Below are positions 1-13,245 of a stretch of DNA of 20,000 nt, one piece after another. The notes under the pieces were generated by a model, which was given only the letters and a program-made list of their open reading frames with translations, was not told the origin of the DNA and searched no databases. The DNA comes from Trichinella spiralis. Taxonomy: Eukaryota. The position numbers were made by a program, and so were the translations under genes. Numbering within the stretch: the first letter of the stretch is position 1; every line of letters begins with the position of its first letter. The stretch spans positions 7,284,333 to 7,304,332 of the forward strand of contig NW_003526941.1 of NCBI RefSeq assembly GCF_000181795.1, in the 5' to 3' direction.

Positions 1-420
1 CAACTATTTGGGTAATAAATAGCGGAAAACTGAAATCATTTTTCTTCTAATATTAATGATAAATAAACATTTGTTGTGCTGTTGTTTCAGCTCTAAGGAA
101 TGAAGCCGGCAAATATTGGCTGAATGGTCATTGGAAAATTGACTTTCCGCAGACGATCGAAGTTGCTGGCACAATGTTTGAATATGAACGAATCAAGCAG
201 AACAACGTTGCTTTTGAAAAGCTTTACGCCAAAGGACCAACAAAAGAGCCCGTTATTGTGGTTGTAAGTGACAGCATGCGATGTTAAACACCACCCATTC
301 ATTACTGTTAGTGATTAATTTTTACATGCATATGTTTTTGTTTTCTTTCTGTAAAGCTTTTACGACAAACTGAAAACTCTGGAATTCAATATGAATTCTC
401 GGTTCCGCTAACTGAATCGC
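1..420 (+). CDS. mig-6: Papilin ADAMTS spacer domain exons
   Basis: Spliced translation NYLALRNEAGKYWLNGHWKIDFPQTIEVAGTMFEYERIKQNNVAFEKLYAKGPTKEPVIVVLLRQTENSGIQYEF has typical ADAMTS spacer motifs. It is absent from the ORF track. Confidence 0.9.
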
Positions 421-3400
421 TTCCATATCAATATACAGTTGGACCGTGGAGCGCTTGTTCAGTAACTTGTGGTCAAGGTAAACAGTCAAGGGTTTAAACT
501 GAAAAACACAATTCTAAAACTTCTCACAAATAAATACACAGGTATACAAGAGAGAACTGTTCAGTGTACAGATCGTTCTACCAAAGAAACTGTGGATGAA
601 GAATTCTGCTTAAACAGTACTTTACCAGAATTAAATCGAACCTGCTCGACTGTAGATTGCGATCCTGAATGGTTCGTTGGTGAATGGGAACCCTGCTCTG
701 AAACTTGTGGCGATACTGGAATGCAATATCGAATCGTGTTCTGTCACCAAGCTATGGCCGATGGTGTTAAAGTATCGGTAAGAGATGGTCTCTGCACTAA
801 AGAAAGGCCAATATTTCGTCAACCTTGCAATCGCTTTTCCTGTCCAGAATGGCACGTCGGACCTTGGTCTTCTGTACGTTTTGTTGTTTGAGTTTTTTGC
901 GTTATTTATACGTGTACAACCATCAATCAGTGGTCTCGTTTATTTTAATTTATTTCTTTGTCTTCTTCATTGTTACAGTGCAGTAGCCCTTGTGGCGAGG
1001 CATTTCAATACAGATCTGTAACATGCCGATCTGAGAAAGAAGGCGAGGAAGGTCAACTGTTGCCCGGAAAAGCTTGTCATGCACCGGATGAGCCGAACAA
1101 TCGACGTCCTTGCAATCTTGGACGTTGTGAAGGCTTAAATTGGCACGTCACAGAGTGGAATCTTTGCGAACATTGCAACGATACCACTGAAACAAGAAAC
1201 GTCTCGTGCAGAGATTCTTCGGGGCGTATCTATTCAGACGATCGATGCGAGGGGGAGAAACCGATTGATGAACGCCCATGTGCTACCCCTATTCCTTGTC
1301 TTTACAAATGGCATGCGTCACAATGGTCTGAGGTAATTTATTACTTTTCGAAGACAACGAAACGTCCGTAAGGTGTTTTTGCCTACACATTCTTTTGATA
1401 ATGAAAATTTTACAGTGCTCAACAAAATGTGGACACGGTCACCAGACACGTTCCGTTGTTTGTGCGATTGAAGAAGGAAACAAATTGATCAAAATGGATG
1501 AACTACATTGCGATCCATATGTAAAGCCAAGCAGTCGACAAAACTGCACAAACGAAGAAAAATGCATTGGAACATATTTCACCAGTGAATGGGATGAGGT
1601 AAAATAAAGGAATTATTCTCTAACTATCAGTAAATGCGATTCCCTATTTTAAAACTCTCTCTCTCTCTCGAGTGAGAGGGAGATGGAGAATGCTACTTCT
1701 TTCAACTCATTTTAAATAATGTAAAAAAGAAAATGTAGATTCAAAATCATCCCCTCATCTAACTATCAAAATTATCTTAAAAATCATCTGATTGAAAATT
1801 ATTTACTTACTTCGTGTGTCTTGATGCAGTGTTCAGCACCTTGTGGCGGAGGAACGCAGAAAAGAGTTGTACTCTGCTTTGATTATGATTATCGACTCAA
1901 TCCAGCGATGTGCGATGAAGATGAAAAACCAGCTGATGTTCAAGAATGTAATTTGCAAAACTGTACAGGTATAATGTTTGCATTGGGTTGAATACTTTTC
2001 CATTATTGATGTTTTATCATTATTTGAAATTCACAGCTTGCAATGAAACTGAATTCGGTTGCTGCCCAGACAACAGTACCGCTGCCAGTGGTCCGTTTCT
2101 CGAAGGGTGCAGCAATTGTAGCCTTTCAGAGTTCGGCTGCTGTCCTGACAACTATACCACAGCTGACGGTGCAAACTTTGAGGGTTGTATGTCTGAGATG
2201 AATGTCACCGAAGAAGGAATTGGTTTGGAAAACGACACTGCACCAATGAAACCAAAACAGGCGAACAACTGTACTGAAGATGATGCAGAATGTTGCACAG
2301 AAACGTTTGACGAGAAAACGAACACTAGCACTGTGCAGTGCACAGTGCGCATGTGCAATCTGACCAACAGTGAAAACGTGACCGTCGAGGTTCCTTGCAT
2401 GAACATTACCTCCAACCCTGATATGAGCAATGATACGGATATTCTACTAAGCGATACCACGGCTACGCTTTTCAACGAGACGGATTCGTTTGGAAATGAA
2501 ACAGTCGGCAACGAGACTGATGTGCATTGTTCAAAAACGGAATTTGGATGCTGCCCTGATTGGGTAACACCAGCTCTTGGACCGGACAATTTGAACTGCA
2601 CCAACTATGAATTAGGCGACTGTTCGAACAATGGCACCAAGTACGGCTGCTGCCCAGACAACCTAACCCTGGCTAGAGGACCAAAGTTCGAAGGCTGCGG
2701 CGATCCTATTTGTTCGGCGTCTTTGTACGGTTGCTGCCCTGATCGACGAACAATTGCTTTCGGACCACATTACAAAGGTGCGTGCATAGAAAATTGTTAG
2801 TTTGTCTGTTGTTAATTTTCTGCATTTTCCTGCACTACATATTAGGCTGTGACCGATCCACGTTCAGCTGTGAATCAAGTCCATTTGGCTGTTGCTCTGA
2901 TGGCAAAACCGCTGCTCTGGGTCCTAAAAACAAAGGCTGTGAAGATAACTTGTGTCATATCAAAATACGGTTGCTGCCCCGATGGTGTCACCTTAGCCAA
3001 AGGTATGCTATGCAAATGAGCTACAGTAACAACTGCGCACACGTTGAAACTTACTACTCAAGATTTAAGTACTGATCACCACGGTTTAAGGTCCCAAGAA
3101 CGAAGGATGCGGCTGTTCGCTGAGTCAGTTCGGCTGCTGTCCAGATGGTCAGAGCACTGCTGTTGGTCCAGGTTTTGCTGGTTGTCCTGAAACATGCGCT
3201 ACTTCAAGGTTCGGATGCTGTCCGGACGGAAAGACTTATGCCAAAGGATCAAATTATGAAGGATGTCCTTGTCGCTATACACGTTTCGGTTGCTGCCCGG
3301 ATGGAGTAACCGCTGCTCTCGGACCACGGCACGAGGGCTGTGACGACTGCCGTTTGAAAGAGTAAACATTCTTGTCAAATCAAATGAATGACGATTCATA

Positions 3401-6400
3401 AACGGGCAGTTTGCGTGATTTAGATTCGGTTGCTGTCCAGATGGTCAGAAAGCAGCTCAAGGCCCAGCGATGGAAGGCTGTTTCGAAATTGCCGAAGAAT
3501 CGCCCGTTATCACCATACCACCACCACTACGAGGGCCTGTTTCACCTGAACAAATCGGCAAGCATTATTCTGAACAAAAATTGACTTGTAACTATTGCAA
3601 TTCTTTAGCTAGTTGCACACTGCCATCAGAAACTGGTGAATGCTCAGACTATTCGCTGAAGTGGAACTTCGACCCTATAGAAGGTGTTTGTCGGCAATTT
3701 TGGTACGGTGGTTGCGGTGGCAATGAAAATCGATTCGAGTCAGAAGAAGACTGCAAACACGTCTGCGTCAATCCTCCAGATCAGGGTAATTAATCAAATT
3801 GTTTTTAATTACACAAATTCCACTTCGACTGTTGCACTGTAACTGCGGTGTAATGTGTTCAGGCGTCTGTTATTTGCCAAAAATTCCTGGCACCGACGCA
3901 TGCGGTTCAACAACCATTCGATGGTATTACGATATCACTGAAGGTTACTGCATGCAATTCTACTATCACTGCAACGGAAACGGAAACAATTTCGCGGAAT
4001 ACGATGAATGCATGGCCACTTGTGATAACGTTGGTAAAGCGTTGACCGTCTCACCACCGGCTACATTTTCTCATCAACCAGAAGAAACAGGTGCTGAATC
4101 TGAAGGTAAGCGAGGGTGCAAAGCTATCTCTGAAATAAATAAGCCGCAAATTATTAGTTACATCTTATTTTTAACCTTTTCATTCCGCAAATTCTCTCTC
4201 TTTTCAACTTACTGCAATTTCACTGGTGTAAAATTTCACAATCAGAAGAACAACTGCTTTCGTTGAATGATGAATGATAAGATGATAAAATTTTCACAGA
4301 ATACGAAGATGTATGTGAACTGCCAGTAGACACTGGTCCGTGCCGTGGTAAAATTACACAATGGTACTACGAACCGGCCATGGGTGAGTGCATCACATTC
4401 ACCTGGGGTGGGTGCAAAGGAAATTCAAATCGTTTCGCATCCAAAGAATTATGCGAAGCTAAATGTGCGAAAGTGATCGGTAAGACCAATAAACCAAGAA
4501 ATAAACTTAAAGGCAAGCAGAAAACAGTTTTTCTTCTACAGAAGACTTTTGTAAATTGCCCAAAGATTCCGGTCCTTGTGATCAATATGTCGCAAAATGG
4601 TATTACAAGCACGAAGAGGGTACATGCGGTAGATTTTACTATGGCGGCTGTCATGGCAATGATAATCGTTTCGAGACTATGGAAGAATGTCACGAAAAAT
4701 GTGCCAGCAAAGCCGGTTCGAAAAATCTTTCACTTAAATTGATCAACTGATTAATTTGCTTTGGACCATGTTGAAATTCGTCTGTTATTGCTTTGTAGAT
4801 CCCTGCCAGCTTCCATCTGTGTCAGGTCCTTGCGCTGGTCGAGAAATGCGTTATTACTGGACAGGAGAACGTTGTGAACAATTTACATACGGCGGTTGTT
4901 TGGGCAATTCGAACAATTTCCAATCATTGGAACAATGCCAACGACGATGTGGTAGCAAATCGACACAACAGCATATGCCATCATCAGAAGAGGTTAAAGT
5001 GTTGAGTTCTGCTGTTGCTGGTGGCGCAGGTGGTAGTGTTGGTCACAGCGGTGTTTTCACCGTTTCCCGTGTTGATGAAGCAGCTGAATCCAGTCGTCCA
5101 GGTAATATTAATTGCACTTTACAGTTCTTTTACAATATTTTCCCCTATTAACAGATGATAGCAGTATCTGTAATTTACCCAAAGATACAGGACCTTGCCG
5201 AGCATACATACCATCGTTCTACTTCGATCGAATGACGCAACAATGCCAACAGTTTGTCTACGGTGGATGTCAAGGCAATGAAAATCGTTTTCCAACTAGA
5301 AGCGGTATGCAAAATCTTCCTATGCGCTGCTGTTGTGCTGTTGGTTTCACTTATGCTTATCTTCAGCGTGCGAAGCCGCGTGCGGAACTGTACGACACCA
5401 GAACATCATCCACGGACGACCACAGGAAAAGCCCGAAGAATCGACTACGTATGAAAATTTCAATAATGAAATCAACGATTTGGACAACAGCATCGAAAGT
5501 GATACTTACCGTTCACACGTCGGTATCGAATGCCCAGTTTTCTTTGCACAGCGTTCGCGTTGAGATAACAATTCGCTTCTTTTCTTCATAGATTACTGCA
5601 ACTCCAGTCCTGAGGTTGGCCCTTGCCGTGATGCGACCACCAGATGGCATTATGAGCCTCGACGTGGAGAGTGCATTGAATTTGTTTATGGAGGATGCGG
5701 AGGGAATCGAAACAATTTCAAAACGCGTCAAGGTATATTTAACTGAACGCCACAAGCATGGAAATGTGGAAAAATGACAGAAAAGTATCACATATTTACA
5801 CGAACTGTTTTCAATTTACCTCTTACAGATTGCGAACGAGTGTGCGCTGAATTCAGTGATACTGAACCAGCACCGTTTGAAAAGCCACTTCAATCTACGT
5901 CAAGGCCAGCAAGCAGTCCGGCACCTCGTTTTTATCCGTTGCCCACATCCGCACTGCCTGGTAAGTACTGATTGAGTAGTTGTTCAATTCTGTACGGAAA
6001 TCAATAATGTACACTTTTTTGTTCAGATTTATGCCTACAGAGCAAAGATATTGGTACCTGCTATGGAAGTTTGCTGAACTGGTATTTTGACAGTGAACGA
6101 ATGCAGTGCACGTCGTTCATGTACACCGGATGTGGAGGCAACAGCAACCGTTTCACTTCTGAAGAAGCTTGCGAACGAGCTTGCGGCGCTTATCGTGATC
6201 AAGGTTTTTATGAGATTAATTATTTATACAGTCTATTCTTCACATGATGAAACCAATTATTACAGATGTCTGCCGAATGCCACCGGACGAAGGGCCATGC
6301 TTGGCATCAGTACCGAAATGGTCTTATAACCAGGAACGTGGCGAGTGCGTGTCGTTTGTGTACGGAGGCTGCGAAGGAAACGGCAATCGTTTCTCTAGCA

Positions 6401-8236
6401 AAGAAGAATGCGACAATATTTGCAATCCACGCCGAACAAGCTACTTGAACGAAGGTAAATTTCAGTCTTTTTAACACTTTTAAAATTGTGCTAAAAAACC
6501 AACCAAACAAACCAAATTATGGACACTACACTGCACAGTTTGTTAATTGATTTTCATTCACATTTTCACGGGAATTCTTTCTTTCCCATTCATCTAAATA
6601 AGTAAATACACAAACATATATATATATATACAAGGGAAAATATTATATGAACAGTGAAGAAAAAAATAACTGCAATTTTTACCCAAAGCAGCAGCATGTG
6701 CGTGGTGTGTTGAATATTTGATGGTCGCTATTTTGCTTGTTTTTGCCTCACTTGTTTTCCATCCACTGCTGCAATTCATAGTAGGGGGATTAAATTTAAA
6801 GAATTCCACTGATAAACGAATAAATTCCACTCTTGCTTGCCTCTTCAATTGTCCATCAGTTTCAACAGAATTTCGTTATAATAATAATAATGATAATGTG
6901 TGTGTGTGAGTGTACAGACGTGTGTGATTTGGAACGTGATGCTGGACCTTGTTTGGATCCGATCAGCCAGTGGTACTTCGACCGTGTGTCCAGCGCGTGT
7001 AAATTGTTCACATATGGCGGCTGTCGAGGCAATGCGAACCGCTTCAACACGAAAAGCGAATGCGAGGCACGTTGCGTTCAACCTGCAAAATTGACAACAA
7101 CAGGTAGACAACAAGAGAGGGACAGCAGAGGGGCAAGCAGCAAGCAACGTTTGCGGCGCTTTAACGACACAGTTTAAATAATTTCATTTAAATTCAGCCC
7201 CATTACTAATTTAAAATTCGTTCGATATTGTAAAGGTCTTCTTCTAACACTCGCAGGCAGTGCTTGTGAACTGGAGTTCGATTCTGGCCCCTGTCAGCAG
7301 TCGTTTCTGCGCAAGTGGTACCACGACCCTCGGTCGCATAAGTGCAGACCGTTCGCGTACGGTGGCTGCGGCGGCAATGACAACCGATTCGACTCGGAAC
7401 AAGAATGCGCATCCGCTTGTAATGCAGCTGTCAGCATGTCCATTACGGACGATGATCGTAAGAGAACATTCGGTGAGCAGAATATTTTTCTCACTGAAAA
7501 CGTCTGCAAGCGCGCACGTAAACACTGCATCTGAAAAGTGAAATGAATGAAACAAACGAATGACAACACAACATACCAATGATAATAATGCTGCCACACA
7601 CAGCTTATATTTTTTTTGCTGGAATTTTTCCATTCCATTACTTGTTAGTTTTAATGCTTGATTTCCATTCCAGAACATGCTCCAGTTTCGGTACAAGTCG
7701 ACAGCACGCGTTGGACCTATCAAGAAGGACAGCCAATTGTGCTGAATTGTAGAGGCGGGACAGACGAGATGCACCACAAAAATAACGTAGTCTGGTACAA
7801 GGATAATCGTCACGTTGCTGCCGATGTCAGTCGACGAATTGAAGTGAGAAATGTTCTCGTTTTTTTTGCAGATCCGTAATAAAATTCCAAATTACCAATG
7901 TTCAGGTTCAGTTCAACGGCTCGTTAACCATAAATTCAGCAAAAATATCCGACAGCGGAGAGTACAGTTGCGCGTTACTGCAACCAGCTGGTTCATTCTC
8001 GTCCGCTGTACGCGTTGTAGTTGAAGGTAATCAGTTGATCTGCTGTTCTGCCCTTTTGGAGGTGATAAATTTAAATTTTCTTTCACTTCACTTTAGCCCA
8101 GAGACAAGAATCCAACAACGAAAATTGTGTCGACAATCCGTTACTGGCGAACTGCCGACTAGTGGTCAGTGCAGGCCTTTGCAGTCACACCTATTATGGT
8201 CGTTAGTGCTGTCAGTCTTGCCGAAATGTAAATTAA
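1..8236 (+). CDS. mig-6: Papilin (MIG-6 orthologue), ADAMTS-like extracellular matrix protein; 5'-truncated by the window edge
   Basis: Exons assembled by hand from splice signals: <1-11, 91-263, 357-477, 542-873, 979-1332, 1416-1598, 1830-1968, 2037-2777, 2846-3002, 3091-3361, 3424-3557, 3609-3785, 3863-4105, 4300-4479, 4542-4715, 4799-5101, 5155-5304, 5367-5522, 5592-5732, 5829-5960, 6027-6203, 6266-6454, 6918-7103 (or 7148), 7257-7472, 7674-7843, 7906-8026, 8097-8236. The domain order spacer-TSP1x6-lagrin x11-Kunitz x11-Ig-PLAC matches nematode papilin. The model needs one frameshift correction (~2950) and contains an in-frame TAG at 8204. Confidence 0.95.
421..1968 (+). CDS. mig-6: Papilin: six thrombospondin type-1 repeats
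   Basis: Motifs WSACSVTCGQG, WEPCSETCG, WSSCSSPCG, WNLCEHC, WSECSTKCGHG and WDECSAPCGGG, each followed by R-x-V-x-C. Confidence 0.92.
1654..1669. repeat. (CT)n microsatellite in a papilin intron
   Basis: ctctctctctctctc followed by a GA-rich tract. Confidence 0.85.
2037..3490 (+). CDS. mig-6: Papilin: eleven Cys-rich lagrin-type repeats (C-x5-GCCxDxxTxAxGPxxxGC) with an N-glycosylation-rich insert
   Basis: Cores CNETEFGCC, CSLSEFGCC, CSKTEFGCC, CSNNGTKYGCC, CSASLYGCC, CESSPFGCC, CVISKYGCC, CSLSQFGCC, CATSRFGCC, CRYTRFGCC, CRLKEFGCC. Confidence 0.9.
3609..7472 (+). CDS. mig-6: Papilin: eleven Kunitz/BPTI domains
   Basis: Repeated GxC...F.YGGC.GN.N.F....C...C motifs in exons starting at 3609, 3863, 4300, 4542, 4799, 5155, 5592, 6027, 6266, 6918 and 7257, joined by phase-1 introns. 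Confidence 0.93.
7674..8026 (+). CDS. mig-6: Papilin immunoglobulin (I-set) domain
   Basis: EGQPIVLNC...VVWYKD...NGSLTINSAKISDSGEYSC across exons 7674-7843 and 7906-8026. Confidence 0.88.
8097..8236 (+). CDS. mig-6: Papilin terminal exon: PLAC domain with in-frame TAG at 8204-8206
   Basis: Acceptor ctttag at 8096; translation QRQESNNENCVDNPLLANCRLVVSAGLCSHTYYGR*CCQSCRNVN*. Confidence 0.88.
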
Positions 8237-8544
8237 CCACATCTTCTTCTTCATTCATCACCATCATCATAAACCAAATCAACAAAGAAGAACAATACAA
8301 TAAGCACAGCTAGCTGTTGGCTTATTTATTTATCAATTTATAGTCTAGTTGTTACTCTCTCTGTTTTTTATTCTCTTTTAATTGATATTTTACAGCATAA
8401 GTTGATCAATCCTACCCGCTTGACATTTCTTCTTTTAACTCTGTCGTTAATTCCATTTAATCGTTAATACATATATACATAGTATATGCAATATGTCCAA
8501 CATGTCCTCCTATGCTTATTAATTTACAAGCATGTCACACTGCC

Positions 8545-8550
8545 AATAAA
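8545..8550 (+). terminator. Candidate papilin polyadenylation signal AATAAA
   Basis: AATAAA about 310 nt after the final stop, followed by T-rich sequence; a second copy lies at 8613-8618. Confidence 0.45.
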
Positions 8551-8719
8551 TAGACTCAAGAATTATTAATGCTTTTGTTTTCCTCTAGCCATCATAAAAT
8601 TGGTAAGCAAATAATAAAATGCAAATCCATCTTCCACATTACTTTCTCTCTTTCCCATTATTATAGTTTGTGTGTTTGTGTGCATTTCATATGATCATAC
8701 TTTATCCCAAATGTCCACA

Positions 8720-8725
8720 TTTATT
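8720..8725 (-). terminator. Candidate Rab1 polyadenylation signal AATAAA
   Basis: tttatt on the + strand, about 770 nt downstream of the Rab1 stop. Confidence 0.35.
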
Positions 8726-9404
8726 GCACACTTGTACTGACGAGTGAGTGAGTATTAAAAAACAAAAAAAAGTTCACCAATACACAGATCTGTTTCTTTG
8801 TTGAAATCATCTTTACAACTTCTGACAAGAAATCAAACAACGAGACTATGTTAGCAATTAATACATGTCGTTGCAATAGAGTTATACGTATATATACATA
8901 TAACATGTATACATTATATACGTAATATATAGCAATGGAAGATGATGATAAAGAATCAGACAAATAGAAACCAGAACACAAACAATTATTATAAATTTCT
9001 TCTTTTTTGTATAAAAAAAAGCAGGATAGGGCGTAGTAGAAAAAAAATTGTCCATACCATGCTTATGTAAAAATCAGCCAATTTCACTTCAGTTTCACCG
9101 TTGTCTACTAGCCGACCAGCACATTGGAAAAACTGATTATACACATAAGCTGATGACTATTATTTTGTTAACACAAACGAGATAAATAAAGTTGAAGCAT
9201 TATGAAACTGAACGATGCAAAATTTTTACCAAACCCCAAAATTGACAATAAATGGGCATGGCTGGTGGTGGAATGAAAAAACTTTTAAATTAAAAAAAAA
9301 GTTCACTTATTCTTACTACAGAAGGATGAAAAGAGCGTCGGCAAAGAAGAAAATAAGAAGATGAAAGAAGAAAAAAATGTCACACTTGCGAGCGACCATA
9401 GCAG

Positions 9405-9425
9405 GATGATGATGATGATGATGAT
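9405..9425. repeat. (GAT)n microsatellite in the rab-1 3'UTR
   Basis: gatgatgatgatgatgatgat. Confidence 0.85.
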
Positions 9426-9489
9426 ATGTATGACGATGATCAAATTTTCCTTTTTCAAATATAAAAACGGTCAAGATGGAATCCGATAC

Positions 9490-12319
<2,830 letters not shown>

Positions 12320-12336
12320 TTTGATGTTTCCTGTGT

Positions 12337-12342
12337 CTGAAA
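12337..12342 (-). promoter_or_regulatory. Probable spliced-leader trans-splice (or 5'UTR intron) acceptor TTTCAG for rab-1
   Basis: The minus strand reads tttctgcttattagTTTCAG-acacaggaaacatcaaa-ATG, placing the acceptor 17 nt before the start codon. Confidence 0.5.
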
Positions 12343-13245
12343 CTAATAAGCAGAAATTAATACTAAAACGTGAACTGAACCAACCAACCACTGCGTAAGT
12401 GTCACGATTTCAGGCACAGTAACTTGACAAGTAGGTTTCATCAGAAGACAGTACGCAAACGGTAGAACATTATTTTACTATTTGTTTCTGTCATTGATAG
12501 TAATAATAATGGAGCAAGTGAAAATTGAAAAATAGCCAATTTTACAAATCAAATCTAATGATATTTAAAGTAATTCATCAATTTTATTCCATTTAAAACA
12601 ATATTTTCAAAGAAATGCAATATGGCTTTACATATCATTTGTTACATAAATTTTGTGCGTATATTTATATAATTTGGATATATGTGTGTAAATTGCCTGC
12701 GTAAAAAACATCTTTTTAAAATTCCTTAAAAGTCATGAAAAAATGTGACTAATAATAAATTATACATTGCCAAGTGAGTAAGTCATTGTATGAGAATAAT
12801 GCACCTGAACGTCAGCAGTCACATTGTAAAGATGTGGAAAAAATTGTAAATAACATTAATATTTTAACATAATAAACTCAACTGATAAACTAACAAGTTG
12901 AGAATAAACGGAAAAGTAGTATTTTTGTTATTTCCTTGTTAGAGAAGAATGAATGAGCATGTCGAAATTAATCTTTCCCCTTTGGTGGAAAGTTTTGCAT
13001 AAAAGTTGGTGCTTTTATAATGTAGCGAATTTTCAATTCATGTCAGCAAATTGTTGAAAAAGAATTAATTTAATTTAATTTAATTTCAAAGTTGAACTTC
13101 AACATTTCACGAACAGTGTGCTGTTCAGAGTGAAAATGCCGGCAACTGTCATCGATTGAGTACAGTACAGCATAGTGCAGTTTATCGGATGAATAACAAC
13201 GACGGCTGAAAGTTGAACCCAATCCGATCGACTTTGAACAATAAT

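Noticed and set aside
2152..2604. 150-aa minus-strand ORF, and other antisense ORFs over papilin (631-855, 4367-4693, 7244-7813)
   Set aside because: Shadow ORFs of papilin coding exons with no recognisable motifs.
4246..4277. Possible alternative terminal mini-exon (EEQLLSLNDE*) in papilin intron 4106-4299
   Set aside because: Supported only by an AG and a short open frame, which is expected by chance.
8204..8550. Selenocysteine or pyrrolysine recoding of the PLAC stop
   Set aside because: The codon is TAG rather than TGA, no SECIS was seen, and pyrrolysine is not known in animals.
13111..13126. CAGTGT in a hairpin resembling an iron-responsive element
   Set aside because: It is on the strand opposite the transcript, and the 5-bp upper stem flanking CAGUGN does not pair.
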